A stretch of DNA of 64,000 bases, from NCBI GenBank assembly GCA_013265495.1, contig MU061579.1, positions 7,230,124 to 7,294,123 on the forward strand. The letters are read 5' to 3'. Made by a program: the position numbers and the translations under genes. This document shows positions 36,584 through 50,912 of this stretch, in pieces. Below the pieces are notes generated by a model, which did no database searches, had not been told where the DNA came from, and saw only the letters and a program-made list of their open reading frames with translations. The stretch comes from Vicugna vicugna (Eukaryota). Position 1 is the first letter of the stretch; each line of letters starts with the position of its first letter.

Positions 36584-37355
36584 ATGTAAAACGGTACCGC
36601 CACTATGGAAAACAGCATGGAGGTGCCTCAGAAAACTAAAAATAGAACTACCACATGATCCAGCAATCCCATTTCTGGGTATCTATCCAAAAGAACAGAA
36701 ATTAGGATTTTTGAGAGCTATCTGCACTCCCATGTTCTTTGCAGCACTATTTACAATAGCTAAGACATGGAAACAACCTAAATGTTCATTGATGGTTGAA
36801 TGGATAAAGAAATGTGATATACACAGATAAACGAATCCCATTCAGCATTCAGTTTTTAAAAAGGAGGAAATCCTGCCACAGGGGACAACATAGATGGGCC
36901 TGGAACATATTATGCCAAGTGAAATAAGCCAGTCACCGAAGGACAAATACTGCATGATTCCACTTTCAGTTTTGTTGGTTTGTCTGTTTTTTTGGAAGGG
37001 GTGGGGGTTGGGGGTGGTGATTATTTTTAATGGAGGTACTAGGGATTGAACCCAGGACCTGGTAAATGTTAAGCACGAACTCTACCACTGAGCTGTACCC
37101 TCCCCTCATGATTCCACTTACACAAGGTAACTAAAAGTCAAATTCATAGAAAGAGAGTAAAATGGAGGCTGCCAGGAGCTATGAGGGAAAAATGGGTAGC
37201 TGCTATTCAACAGATATAAAGTTTCAGTTTTGCAAGATGAGTAAGTTTCAGATATTTGTTGTACAGCATTGTGTCCCTAGTTAACAACACTGTATTGTGC
37301 ACTTAAACATTTGTTAAGAGGGTAATTCTCATGTTAAGTGCTCTTACCACAGTGA
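36584..37355 (+). mobile_element. L1MA-type fragment interrupted by a SINE
   Basis: AAAATAGAACTACCACATGATCCAGCAATCCC...GAATGGATAAAGAAATG L1 signature. Confidence 0.85.
36966..37106 (-). mobile_element. tRNA-derived camelid SINE nested in an older L1
   Basis: TSD CATGATTCCACTT at 36953-36965 and 37107-37119, interrupting L1 3' UTR sequence. Confidence 0.9.
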
Positions 37356-37387
37356 AAGAAAGAGGAAGGAAGGAAGGAAGGAAGAAA
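37355..37387. repeat. (GGAA)n microsatellite at the L1 tail
   Basis: GAGGAAGGAAGGAAGGAAGGAAGAAA. Confidence 0.8.
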
Positions 37388-38908
37388 CATCCTAAGAAGA
37401 ACCTTTAGAAAGAGAACTGAGGAAAACTCAAGACAAGTTGGGCCACATAGAAACTCCTAAGAACACATGGAAAATCTTTAGTTTCTGACTGAGGAAGCAA
37501 CTTGGAATCTTTTTTAACTTCTCTCTTGTCCCTGTTTCTCTATAGTTTCTTGAAGTAAACTTAAAATCCTAAAATAAATAATCTTTAAAATTCTAAAATA
37601 CATACATACATCATACAGACATACACCAAATGAAAAAAATTAAATAAAATATAGGAGGGGAAAAAACCACCCACAGGAGATCTCTGTGGCCTTGGAGGGA
37701 GCAGTTTTTCATAGACCAGAAGGTGACACTAGATTCCCTGGATGAGGAACAGAGACAGCTCAGTGGGCTCTTTCGAGAAGCCCACCATGAGCATTAAGGG
37801 TAGGGGAGTTCACTATCAGCGTGAGGGGAAGAAATTTTTGTTCAGGATTTGAGTTTAAGTGTCTGACATCAAAGTGCCTATTCATATGCAGAAGAAAAGG
37901 AGCAAAAAGGAGAATCTGAGAGGGTGAAGGCAGGGATGACCCTGAGGAAGCTGGAGAAGCTGATTTCCATATGAAGGAAGGAGACAGGATTAAAGACTTC
38001 AATAGGAAAAAAGACACCTCCTCCTGAGGCATGGGGTCCGTGTATTAGTCCTACATGGTGGGCGAGGGAGGGTGAGGGGGCAGATAGATGCCTGATACCC
38101 ACTATTTTCTCTGCACATAGGGATGGCATCTGTTGAGAGCTGGGGGGGCCAGGGCAGAGGGGCTTGTGGAGACAGTGAGACTGAAGGAGCGGGAGAGACC
38201 AGTGAAAAGACTGCAAAGGCATTCAGGGCACAGCTGAGATGTGCACCCCAAATCTGCAACTGGGCTAATCCACGCGGGGAGGGCCACCCAGGCAGGAAAG
38301 AGAGTAAGAGACCCAAGAGAATAAGAGACCAGGGATCAGGATCAGGATGGAATGAGGCCAAACCAGAGGAAGGAAGGGGCTGGTTCGGTGGGAGATTCCA
38401 GAAGTGATGGAAGTGTGGCTGAGACCAGTCTGCTCTTCCTCGATCACTGCGAACAATCACCACCACCACATTTGCGGAGCGTTTATCAACCAGCATGAAG
38501 TTAAGCGTTGAGCCTTCACAGTAGACTGATGACATAGTTACTGGTATTCTCCCCAGTCACAGATGGGAAAGGAAGCTCAGAGAGGGCGAGCAGCCTGCCC
38601 AAGGTCGCACTGCCCCACATGGCAGTGCCTGGATTCAGACCAGGCGGTCTGGGCCCAGCCAGCTTGGGCACTGCTTCCTCTTATCCGACCTGAGGTCATC
38701 ATTTACCAACTCGTCTGTTAAAATGATCAATGCTGGTTTGCCCTCATGTTTCACAACTTAGATTAAAGGCTCCCCAAATCTCAAAACTATGGGTTCCAAT
38801 TAGCAGAGCAAGTAGGGTGTGTTTTGAATATGCCCACCAGACCTCAGAGCAGGTCACGGGATGAACAATTGCAAAACACCAATTGTCCCCCATCTCTGAC
38901 CTCCCTTC

Positions 38909-39378
38909 TGTCAATAAATGTGCAGCCTAAAAGTTGAGAGTTGTTTTATTGGCGGGAGGACTCGAGCCGGGATGACAGCCTCTCAGATCGCTCTGAGGGA
39001 CTGCTCCAGAGAGGTAGGGGAGGAGCTAGGATATAGAGGAGCTTTACAACAAAGACCAGGCAGGTGGAACAATAAAAGATCACTTGTTATCTAAAGAAAA
39101 CCAGGCATCTCAAGTCAAAGATTTTAGTGCTTTTCTATGTATGGGAGGAAGCAAACATTTGGGCTCATTGAATTCATTCCTTTGACAAGCATCTAGCTAT
39201 CTAGGGCCAGTGTCCTGTCCTTTCTTATTCTGAGTCCCCTCAGGAGGCACCATTGTGAGTGGCTGCAGAGGCTGGGCTGCAGGCTGGTCTTCCCTGGGGG
39301 GTGGCGGCAGCCACTGATGACTTGATGGCTTCAGCATTCTTTGTTTATTGATGTGGTTTGCAGTATTTTCCCTTCACA
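38909..39378 (-). mobile_element. ERV1-class solo LTR, relatively young
   Basis: TG...CA termini with 4-bp flanks CTTC/CTCC; on the minus strand a TATA-like CTATATC (about 39030) precedes AATAAA (38950-38945); several CpGs retained. Confidence 0.75.
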
Positions 39379-41760
39379 CTCCCAACCCCCAAATCCCAGC
39401 TTATCTTATGCAGGCCACAACCTGGGGTCCTTCCATCTCTTCAGAAATAAGCCCATCTCCTCACCTGTAGTACCCTCTGCACACAGCTAGAGCTACCGAC
39501 ACAGGGCGTTCTCAGCTCTTGTGATAAATGTGAGTCCCCTCCACAATATGACAAGTAAAAAATTCCAACCAAAGCCAGCGGTTATCAAAATCCTCTGGGC
39601 TTTTTCCTAGACCCAGCCAGGTTTGGTTAATTCACTTACTTTAGGGACCCACTCCATATTGTGTTTTGCCAAGATCCTGTTGAGAAAGCCACAAGAGAAA
39701 TATAACGTAAAAAACATCAAAGACAGCAAGAAACTGAGGAAGACGTAAGAGAATGGCTCAGAGTCAATCCCCCCAAAAAATCAAAAGCCGTTTTCTAGCT
39801 TGATTTCCAAGTAATACTTAAATTTCCAACTGACCCCAGTGGTCAGAAGAGCTGAGAGGAAAAGGCACAGAAATGGCATTCCTCAAACCCAGTGGGCATA
39901 GCTCGAGGGTTGCTAAAATGATGGGGAAGACAGTAATAACCTGAGACTCCAGATAAGGAGGCCCTTGTGACTTCTCCCAAGCCAAGGCCAAGAGCATTCT
40001 GCTGGTTCTGATAGCAATTCTTCCCCTTTCATCAGGAAAGGGTGTACGTTTTCAGAAGCGAGGGTTTCCCAGCAGTGACCCAACAACTCTGTGATGGGAA
40101 GGACTTGGCTGGAAAGTAGACAACCCACAGCAAGCTAGGGTGGAACATTGCTTTTAAACACACACACACATACACACACCCCATTTTTTTTTCTTTTAGC
40201 AAATAGTCAAATCACAGTGCCCAAGAGCAGTCTACTTTTGGTCTAGATTACTGCCTAAGATGGCAAGATACTCATTTCTCTGAAGAGGTTTCTCTTCATC
40301 CAGCTTTGCCCCCAGCTACCTCCGTGATACTGAACAAGTCACTTCACCTCTCTGGGCCTCGTTTTGCTCAGCTGAAAAATGATGTGCTAGAGCCAATACC
40401 CTTCCTGGTCCTCAAAATCCTGGACTCCCCAGCCTTCTCCAGTCCCATCCACAATTCACCCTGGGTTGATAGTACCGGAGAGAAAAACACAAGTCACTCT
40501 CCCATCTCCACAAGGCAAAAGCCAAAAAATTCTGAAGACAGAAACTTTCACAACTCATTTCATAGCAAAACCCAATCTGACAAATCCATTGGCAGCAAAA
40601 CCTGTTCTGATCCGTGGTGAAGCGATTTACAGCCTCAATTCCATTGAGTCTGCTGCATAAACATTAATGTATTTGATTAGCTCTTCCAAGGGGGACTTAC
40701 ATATTTAGAGTTTAGGCCACGGGCCCCAGTGGTTTCAGATGGTCCAACACTCACGAAATGGGCTCTGTTATTTTAGAGAGAGGAGCTGGAGGTTGCGGAG
40801 CGCATGTCACTTGCCCAAGATCACGCGGTTAAAAATTGGTGAGAGCCTGGATCTTACCCAACCAGATCCTGTTTCAGGACAAGCTCATAACCAGTCCACA
40901 CACTGCCTCTCAGTCCTACTTGGTCACAGCTAAGGTCTACTAGCTTCTGAAAAATGACCTCCTTTATTAAGTTAATTGTTTAAACACAGTTTAAGTCAAT
41001 TATGTACACTAAAGAAAGGGGAGAATTTGAAGCAAATTCTGCAGAACAAAATCATCCCCAAACTACTTCTATTTTTGGCAATGGAGATCACCGAAGTCAT
41101 AGAGCTTTTAAGACCATCCCCAAGTGCCAGTGACCAAGACACAGTATTTGTCCAAATTTTAAAGCCTTAAGATGTATGAAGAGAACAAATGAGCTTATAC
41201 AGCAATTGGAAAACAATGGAAGTCAGTATATAAATAAGTGCTAAATTTGCAGTGAAACGTCAGGCAGCTGCCAACCTCCAAAGGATTCCCAGATGAACAG
41301 CTGCTACAGTCCCACCTTCCCCAACTCTGCAGCTGTGACCAGGCAGGGAGGGGACACCCAGGCAGGACCCACCTGCCCAGAGTCCAGTTACCCACGACAC
41401 TAAATCCCTCCCAATGTATACAGCCACTCAGTTACCTTTATTTTGTCAAATTCCTTGAAATGCTATGCTGATACTGGAGAATGGTACTCTTGATTCTGGA
41501 CAGCAAAAACCACTACGGGAACAGATAGAGGCCCAGAAAGTTTCCGCAGCAAAACATGCATAAATAGCAGGGCCAGGTTATGAACCTCTGATTTACAGAT
41601 GCATTTGGCTAAGAGGTCCCTTGAAAAATGCAGCTGTCTCTGAGGTTTCTGCTAATACCTATGTAAGATCATCTGCAACCCAGAGGTGCCAAAATGGAGG
41701 GCTCTGGGCAGTAGGATCTGGATACAGGCGTTAAGAGTGGAAGAAGAGAGTTTAAGAGGA

Positions 41761-41856
41761 GGGTGGAAGGTATAGCTCTGTGGTAGAGAGCATGCCTAGC
41801 ATGCATAAGGTCCTGGGTTCAATTCCCAGTACCTCCACCAAAAAAAAAAAAAAAAA
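41761..41856 (+). mobile_element. Short tRNA-derived camelid SINE
   Basis: GGTATAGCTCTGTGGTAGAG...GGGTTCAATTCCCAGTACCTCC followed by poly(A). Confidence 0.88.
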
Positions 41857-44800
41857 GTGGGAGAGGAAAACAGGGAGGGGTGAGGGGTGAGTACCCAAAG
41901 ATTTCAACATACTACCTGTGCCCAGAAAAGCTCCTTCTCTCCCAACCAAGTATTCTCTCCCAAGTATGGGGCTACATGTGGCTTCAAATAGCTTTTGTTA
42001 GAAACTCACATGACAAAATGCAATAAGTAAACCCTGATCGGAGCCTGGTTCCCAATTTAAACAATAATAGAATAGGTTTAAACAGCAATAAAGGATATTT
42101 TGAGGACAACAGGAAACTGGGATAGACAGTATTAGAGACATTGTTTACTTTCTTAGCTGTGATGCTGGTATTGTGGCTATGTTGAAGGAAGTCCTCAATC
42201 CTACAAAGTGATGGCAGAGGTACTTAGGTGAAATATGACTGTCTGCAACTTGATTTTAAATAGATCAGCAAAGAAAGTAGGTAGGTAGATGGACAGATAG
42301 ATGACAGATGGACAGAGTGAGCAAGTGAATATGGCAAAATGTTGAATCTAACTGACTAGGATCCAGGGGTCCACTTTACTATTCTCTCAACTGTTCTGTA
42401 ATAAAAATTCACAAAGTTCCATTCTATCATTTTTTTTAAAATACCCTGTGTGGGAACCGAATTATTGTTTTTAGTGGGAAAAAGCATTTCGCTCACCAAC
42501 CCAGATACTCAAAAAGGAATGTTTGGAGCACAACCCATTCTCAAGGTGCAGTTTCTCTGTATAAGTACCGTAGGAGTTAAGAAGGGAAGTAATTAGTGTA
42601 AATCCAGGAAGAAAAAGGACTTTATATTAGGTTACAAAAGAAAAACTGAATTTGGACTAAAAGGGAACATACCTTCTTGACAGGCAGGAGGCTGGGCGAC
42701 AACCTGAATCACTCCTGAACCCCAGGTAGCAGCAACCAGAACAAAGGACTGAAACTGGGGTGACGTCAATAGAGAGAAACAAGGATACTTAAAAATAATG
42801 GTGGAAAATAAATATTTACCATCACAGGGCTCCTTTAAACTAGAAGGGAAAAACCAGCTTTGCAGAGTAGAAAGTCCCTAGCATTCTCCACAAGTGTCTG
42901 GGTTTAACATTTGAAGTGATTTCTCAAGGTCCCACAACTTCCTGACCAAACACAATTCTTCAAGGGCATGGGGAGACTGAACACAGAAAACAGCTCAGGC
43001 CCCACAGCCACTCCTTGGGAAGGGACTAAGTTTAGGATCAGTGTTTTCAGAAGCCAAGGATCTAAACTTCTGGACTCTTTCTGAATTTTCCAGAGTACCT
43101 CAAACAATGGTTTGCATTCAGATGACACAGAAGTCTCAACTGACCTGGGCTCACCCCAGACTGAAACAAGGTCAGCTTGCTGGTGTCTGCATCAGGACAC
43201 AGGCCGGGAGGCCACCAACCACGCCTCTAAGACGGAAAAGACTCAGGAGCCTCGGGAGGACCCCAAGGGGTGGGGGACACCATGGGGTCCTCAGAGAGGG
43301 ATGTAAGCAAGGGCGATGCCCAAGGGGCTGCAGGGGCAGGGAGAACGCAGGAGTCTGGACCTCGGCGGACTCTCCCCCCTCCTCTTCTCCTGTTCTCCTG
43401 CTCCTCCCCCTGCTTCTCCTCCTTCTTTTGCTATTTTCAGTGTTGTCCTTTTGGGGATGTTTTAAAGTCTTTAGTTACTGATAGCACCGTCAGTCCCCTG
43501 AGGTTGGGTCGAGCGGCTAGGGGACTAAAGCGATGAGACTTCAGAAATGTAATACCCACTTCAGATTCTTTTCAAAAGGTGCTGTCTTATAAAGAATGAG
43601 TTGCTACTTTAAGGTAATTGTAAGGCAGCGTTTACTGAGTGCAGTGTGCCAGGCATTGGTCTAGAGGCTTTGTGCACAACCTCATTTCATTTCCACAACA
43701 TCTGTAAGGTAGGTGGTCTCATGACCCCCAGGTGCAGAGGAGGAAAATGAGGCACATGGGGGTTCAATAACAAGTCCTAATGTGAGCAGGACAGGATTCA
43801 AGCCGGGCCATGTGACCCAAGGGCCCCTCACTCTTAGCCACCTGGCTTAACAGTGTCTCTAAGAGTGGAGATTGGCTTTCAGTTTTACCTAGTAAGTAAC
43901 ACATGCCTCACAGTAAAAAGGTGGGTTAAACCATCACCGACCGATCTGGGCTGGAACCCAGGTTCACATCCACTCCAGTGCCCTTAAACACTTAAAAGCT
44001 GCCTCTCTCCAAATGACCCTATTATGTGTGATAAATGCTGGAATCTGCATGCACCTTGTTTTAATGTAAAAATTACCTTCACAAAAAAGGATTAAAGTCA
44101 GCTACAGCAAGATGAAATCTGTACTTTCATTTTTTGAAAAATTCTCAGCAGCATAAAATTTCCCGATATTAATTTTAACTGCAAAAAGCAAAAGATCATT
44201 CTAGAGTGTAACCCTATTTTATTCCTCCATAACCATTACGACAGTAAAAGACTTTTTCCTATCTGTTCAAAAATATCTTGTTCACAGGTATATGTTTTCA
44301 CATTATTACTCACAAACCACTGTACTTAGAAGGAATTCAATTTAATTTGTACCAACCATGTTAGTTATATGGCATCTAAAAATCCTTCAGAAAGAAAGAA
44401 GGGAGGGAGGGAGGGAAAGAAAGGGAAAAGGAGGAAGAAAATCTTCAATCCTACACATGATTAGCTAGAAATACCATACAAGATATAAAGGCTCCCACCA
44501 AGATGATACTTGATGCTTTCACATTCATTATTTTACCTGAAACCTATAATCCCAAGAAGGTAGCCAAGAGGGTGGATGAGATCCTCATGTTGCAAAAACC
44601 TCAGTGGTCTAACATGACATCCCTGGAAAGAGGCAACGAGCCAGACAGAAGAACCAACACTCAGAGCTGCTGACAGCCTCCCCACCCACTTCACTACAAC
44701 ACACGTCGCTTGGGCATACTGTGGCCAAAGTCAGGAAATCCAAAGGGGTGAAAGAACTCACAGAAAAAGCCCGATTTAGGTCAAACAAGCCTGTTTCCCA

Positions 44801-45969
44801 AGTGCAGAGAAGGGTGTCCTGCCTTTGTACCTCTATGCCTATCACAGTTCCTGGAACACAGTGGGAGCACCTTGAACATCTGCTGCATGGAACCTGTGAA
44901 TCATGAAAGCAGATTCCACCCTTCCAAAAAGGCTCCTCGACAACTGATGGAGCATCCACTTCCACTGTAACGGGATAAGCAGTTTTGTTAAGATGCTGTT
45001 TGGTAGAACAGAACGTCCAATGCAGTCATACCCCCATTTGCCAAATACCAACAGTTTTTTAAAACATATACAAATAGGTTATTTTTAGAGTTGGATGACT
45101 GACTCACCCCATAGCTCAACCCACTTGTTGGAAAAGCCCTTTCCAAAGGATGTAAATACAGGAGCAAGCCCCTGGCCTCATCGAAATCAACAGAAGGTTC
45201 GTTAGCAAAGATGCAAAGGAAGGCCACGAATAGCAGCACGTTCCCAAACCCAGCTCTGGGAACTGACCTTGCGCTGGATTTTCACGGGACCCCAGCACAT
45301 TCCAAACTGCCGCGTCTGTCCGTCAAGGGGCAGAGCTGACACACCCTCACCCAAGGCACTGCCCTCTCCCACATGGATGCCATCCCTAACAGATCTGATC
45401 CTGCACGTTCCTCACAAGAGGCTGAGCAGGGACTAAGTCAGAAATTATGTAAACTATGGTTGGAAGCTAACTGGCAAATGCCAATCAAAGCTACCAAACG
45501 GGAAGAGGACAGGCCCAGATGGCCTGTTTCCGGCAGAAACTGCAATAGGGAGGCTGGGAGAAGAGGAGCAGTTCCCTTAGGAACCAGCGACTCCCCTGGC
45601 GCTTCACAGACAGGGTGCGGGACCAGGCCTCAGGGAGCTGCGTCCCTGGTTTCTGGGTACAACCCACCTCTGCCAGGGTCGGGGTCCAGCCAAGTAATTT
45701 CCAGCTCGCAAAACAACACAAACCAACCATATGGGGAAAGAAGGTGTGTTGCTGAGCCCGCTGGAGCTTAGTAAGCAAGGGCTTCAAAAGGGAAGCCAGC
45801 CAGGGCCCAGCCCTGCAGAGGGAGAGGGAGATACTGACAGATCTTCCTGCACGTGTTAGGGGTTCACCATCCCCACATCCACCTTCCACCTTTACTTGCA
45901 TATTTTTTTTTAATCTTTAGGATTCTTAGGTAGGTGTTACAAAAATGAAACCCATCTTAGAAATGAAGA

Positions 45970-46090
45970 CATTAAAGAACAAAATATTAGAAAAAATATA
46001 TATGTATGTATACGTATAACTGAATCACTTTGCTGTACACCTGAAACTAACATTGTAAAACAACTACACTTAAATAATTTAAAGAAAAAA
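45970..46090 (+). mobile_element. Short L1 3' tail inserted in a MIR
   Basis: GTATAACTGAATCACTTTGCTGTACACCTGAAACTAACATTGTAAA. Confidence 0.75.
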
Positions 46091-47134
46091 GTATTGAAGT
46101 CAAGGTCACTCGTCTGGGGAGTGGCCAGAATTTGAACTGAGGTCCGTTGCAAGCAGGGCCCAAGCTCTCAACCAGAGCTGCTCCCTAGAAATAAAGGAGG
46201 CAAAAGCAGAAGCCAGCTTTTTCTTGGCTGCTCTGTGTTCATGCAACTTACTTCCAGGCTGTCCATCCCAGGCAAGTCTATCCAGTTCCCAATGCCTCAG
46301 TTTCTTCATCTAGAAAATGCAGATCATCATAGAATTGTTTCTGAGCAGGAAATGAGACGAGTTTAGGGGTTTAGCCGGGGTCCTAGCACAGAGTAAGTGC
46401 TCAGTAAATGTCAGCCCGTATTGTGGTGATGACTATTATCAGTGGTAGTAAATGTGAACACAGCTATCCTCACAAAGCACCCAGCTCAGCTGGGGATACA
46501 AAGCCAAAAGACAGGAAAAGGCAATGAACAACATGAGCCTGACTGGAGGAGCAGTGTTAAATGCAGGGGACAGAGAAATACACGAGGCCTGGAGGTGAGT
46601 GGCAGCTGCCAGCACAGCGCTCCCCAGGTGGCATGAGAGCACGAGGGGGCGGCCGGTCTGCGGCTCCTACAACCCTGACATCAGCCCGGTTTCTCTTCCC
46701 TCCAGGAACAGGAAGTGGATAACAATTAAACAGAAAACTACAAAAGCCCTAAACACAGGGTTTTCCAATTAGTCACAGGTTAAGTCAGGCAGTGTTCCTG
46801 CTAGACAGGCATGTGGCCTGCCTTCTGGGAAAACGGGAATTGGGAAGCAGAGATGAGTATATGGGTACATATGTGGGGTGAAGTTGTGAAGTGCTCTGCC
46901 AGGAAGTCTCCCCTAGGGCTGTCAGAGAGCAAAGGACAAAGGGACTAGGAGAGAAAATAAAGACCACTTTGGAAAAGGCAAACAAAGGGAAGTTTAAACA
47001 GAAGTAATTAGGAAAACCCCAGACGTAGAGAACCTGATTTTAAGGGGAAGAAATGAACATGAAAGTCAATAGGGTGAAACTCAGAACCCTGAACCCCAGT
47101 AGCAAGGGTTAGACACATAGAAAAATACTATTAA

Positions 47135-47390
47135 TGATAGTCACGTACTGATGCATAGTTTGTGTAATTACTATTCCAAGCACCTTATAAGTATGAACTT
47201 GTTTAACCCTTACAGTAACCCTGTAAGGTAGGTATTATTGTTTGCAACCCCATTTGACAGATATGAAAACTACAGCACAAAGAGGTCAAGTAACTTACAC
47301 CAGGTCACACAGCTAGCAAGTAGCAGCGGTGAGACTTTAATCCAAGCAGTCTGGCTCCAGAGCCCCATTCTCTATGCTCTATTGCCTGTG
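47135..47390 (-). mobile_element. MIR SINE (one of many further MIR/L2 remnants not listed individually)
   Basis: CCCATTTGACAGATATGAAAAC...GGTCACACAGCTAGCAAG...CAGTCTGGCTCCAGAGC. Confidence 0.78.
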
Positions 47391-48123
47391 AGATAACAGT
47401 TTTGATATTCAGTAAATTTCCACCAAATGGGATTATCCATAGCTCATCTCTATGCTGAGTCAGAGTCTTGAGTAGAAAAATCTATGGGTAATCATTACTC
47501 ATCTAATTCAATAATAAGCCTAGAATGAGAGAATGGTTTTCCCTAGTAAGTCAATTATTGGGAAGAGGTGCATTTAAGTAATATTCTCTCCATGCCAATT
47601 TATCAGGTTTTTCTGGCACTAAGTACTAATTTCAAAAAAAAAAAAATCCTGATACCATTCATAAGAAGCAAAATCAAAAAGCCACCTGATCTGCATTTAA
47701 CAATGTTGGAATTGCTGATTATTTTCTCGGAAATCCTAAACTTCCCTTTGACTTTTAAAACAATAGAAACGATTTATATGAAGGGATCAGATCTGCCATA
47801 TCCCTTCGTCCAAAACAATCTCAATTGTTAATAAAAATGTGAAATGAAGAAATAAACACAAAGCAAAATTTTGAGCTAACATGATCTCAGTTTCATTGAA
47901 GGAAAAAATACCAAAATGTCTACACTAGTTATTTCTGAGTAGTAAGATCATAAGTTATTTTTATTTCCTTTTTAGTATTTTATATTTTTTGTTGGTGGAA
48001 CTTGGGAGTTGTTTTTTTTTTCTTTTTCTACTTTTAGCATTTTCTAAAATGTCTTAATGGCAGTCACTATAGTTGTTTTGTTTGTTTAGTGCAGACAGAA
48101 AGTCAGTAAGGAAACTTTATTTC

Positions 48124-48207
48124 TATTAGATCGAACCATATGAAACTGTTGTCATGGTAGGTCAAAAATAGTAGAATACTGGTAATTTCGTATGGTTTAT
48201 CCTAATA
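48124..48207. mobile_element. MADE2 mariner MITE (palindromic)
   Basis: TATTAGATCGAACCATATGAAA...TTTCGTATGGTTTATCCTAATA terminal inverted repeats with TA ends. Confidence 0.8.
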
Positions 48208-48541
48208 GTAATATTCATGCTGTAGAGATAAAACAAAGTTACTGGAAACCCCTTGGTAAGGAGGCTATCTCTAACTGTAATCCATAATATTTATAGACTA
48301 GATGCTTTTACTGACGGAGGGCAGAGAAAATGCTATGAAATCTTTGATCTACACCTTAGGAGAGACGGGTCGACAGAAACCACAGAGTGGTGTAATGTCT
48401 ACTTTATTACACTGTAAAACACAATGTAAATACATAAACAATAAGGCACTGGCTTGATATTTTTTTTCTTTCTCACTATGCTTTTTTTAAAGCTATTTCA
48501 GTCTTTATCTAAATAGTAAAACACCATACTTCCGAAGAGAT

Positions 48542-49332
48542 TGTTACAACCACAATGTTTTAATACTATGAATTGATTTTTCCCAGTAGGGAAGGCTTGA
48601 TTGTTTCAATTCTCCATCACCAACTGGGAGTCCTGCAATTCAATTCAGTTCAATTCTGACACCAACTACCCCCACTTCAGACACCAGCTGCAAAGGACAT
48701 CTAACCATTTAATCAGGCTAGCCGACTACCAATTCGGGGCTTCCTGGATCTCCCTCAGATGCCACAATTTGCTGTGATGACTCAGAGAACGCAGGAAAGT
48801 GCTATGCTTACGCTTACAGTGTTATTATGAAGGATACAACTCAGGAACAGCAGGATGAAAGAGAAGTGTAGGGCAAAGAGTAGGAGGTGGCACAGAGCTT
48901 CCATGCTGTTTCCTGACACACCACCCTCCCAGCGATATCCATGGGTTCACCAATCCTGAAGCTCCTTTAGCTTCCTTGTTTCAGAGTTTTTATCAAAGTT
49001 TCAAGAAATTTTATTACATAATGACTGATTAAGTCACCGGCCATTGGTGATTAACTTGATCGCCAGACCCTCACACTTTCCTGAGATCAGGGGATGGAGC
49101 TGAAGATTCCAACCCTCTATAATCCTGCAGGTGGTTCCTTGGGCAACATCTTCAACCTGAAGCTCCCTAGGGGTCCACCAAGAGTCACCCATTAGCTGGT
49201 CAGGTAGGGTCAAAAGGGCTAATTATGAATAACAAAAGACACTCTTATCACTCAGGAAATTTCAAGGGTTTTAGGAGTTTTGTACCAAGAACACGGGACA
49301 GAGACCAAATATATATGGTCTCTGTTACAGCA
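48542..49332 (-). mobile_element. MER21-like LTR
   Basis: Reverse of the MER21-type start (ATATATATTTGGTC...CTCCTAAAACCCTTGAAATTTCCTGAGTGATAAGAGTGTCTTTTGTTATTCAT). Confidence 0.7.
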
Positions 49333-50629
49333 CATTGACCCAAAGTCAGGAGTCTGTACTCATTTAAATATCAAGACGCAGCACTGAACAGCCAGGAAAA
49401 GACCAACTGTTGTATTATATGATTCTAGCAGAAGAATTCTCCTTCCCTCCTTGAAGACCACCCCCTTGCTGACCCCACTCCCACTCAGACACTAAGACAC
49501 ACCAACCCCACTGTCCGAGTAACTACTAGTTCCTGATATGTGGGCACCTAACGCATACTAAACTACTTTCAACTGGGTTATTTTTCCTTCCCCAAATCTA
49601 CTTAGGCACGTTATAAGAAATCAAAGGACTAAGAAAACGGACTTGCCAGAAGTGATGCAGAGACGAGCCCTTAGCCAAGCAGGGTCTTATAAATCACCCC
49701 AGTGCTGATTTGTATGTTTTATTTCAAGGCACTGCCCTAAACACTGATGGCCAACACTGCCCTCCTGACCTGGACCCAGAGGAGAAAACCATGAGAACCT
49801 GACCAAAAACGGGGCAAAAACTAGAAATGCACAACAGCCTTAAAACACATGTTAAGTGATGGAGAATTCTGGAGTCAAAATGGTATGTACAATTTCAGAG
49901 GATTTACTCTCACTTAAGACATACACAATTATTGAACTTTTCCCATTAATGAACTCCTTTTGGTCTTCACACCACGAAGACTACACACGGCACTTCATGA
50001 TTCTAATTCGCAGCAAACTGAAAACCTGTTTCCCAGCATATTACACCTATACACGACACAGACCAGATCTGTATTATTTACAAAGGGCTGTATTATTCAT
50101 TGGATCCTCCAAACTATTCTGAGATGTATAAAGAACAGGTATGTTCACTCTCTGTCCCTCCAACTCACTCCCCCGCTCCCTGCCTACACAATCAACCAAG
50201 GGCTTTGTCTCGGATCCCCCACAACCCCTGCGCCTAGCCTCCACCTCCACTCTGCAGTTTTATCTGATGCGATTTTCACACCGGGTCTGCACTGACTTCC
50301 TACCCAATTCCCACCCCTCTGCACCCCTTTTGCTGGGCTGCCATGGCCACACTCCCTTTAAGGTCCACTTAAAGTGCCTGGGTTTAGGCTATGAAGTCTT
50401 CTCCAACCCTCCCATCAGGAGGAAAGTCTTTCCTCTGGAATCCCACATAGGGCACTTTGTCTGTAGTCCTCTGATGATACCCAGCACATTTTCCCTTATT
50501 CTGTGTTCACTACTTCTCTCCTCCCCCTTCTCACTCACAAGTCAGCCGAGAACAGAAACCAAGTTTGTTGTTCATTTTACATACCAACACAACACCTAAC
50601 AGTATCTCAAATAAGGCCCTCATTTTTAA

Positions 50630-50912
50630 TTTTTTATTGAAGTGTAGTTAATTTACAATGTTGTTTCAACTATGCAGCAGTGATTCAGTTATACACATAC
50701 ATACTCTTTTTCAGATTCTTTTCCATTATAGGTTATTACAAGATATCCAATATAGTTTGTTGTTGATCTATTTTATATATTTATATATAGTAGTGTGTAT
50801 CTGTTAATCCCAAACTCCTAATTTCTTTTTCCTTAATGGAGGTACTGGCTATTGAACATAGGACCTCCTCCATGCTAAGCACTCACTCTACCACTGAGCT
50901 ATACCCTCCCCC
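50630..50912 (-). mobile_element. Chimeric tRNA-SINE head plus L1 3' tail insertion
   Basis: Single perfect 17-bp TSD AAGGCCCTCATTTTTAA at 50613-50629 and 50913-50929; SINE head about 50825-50912; L1 tail about 50630-50824. Confidence 0.8.
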
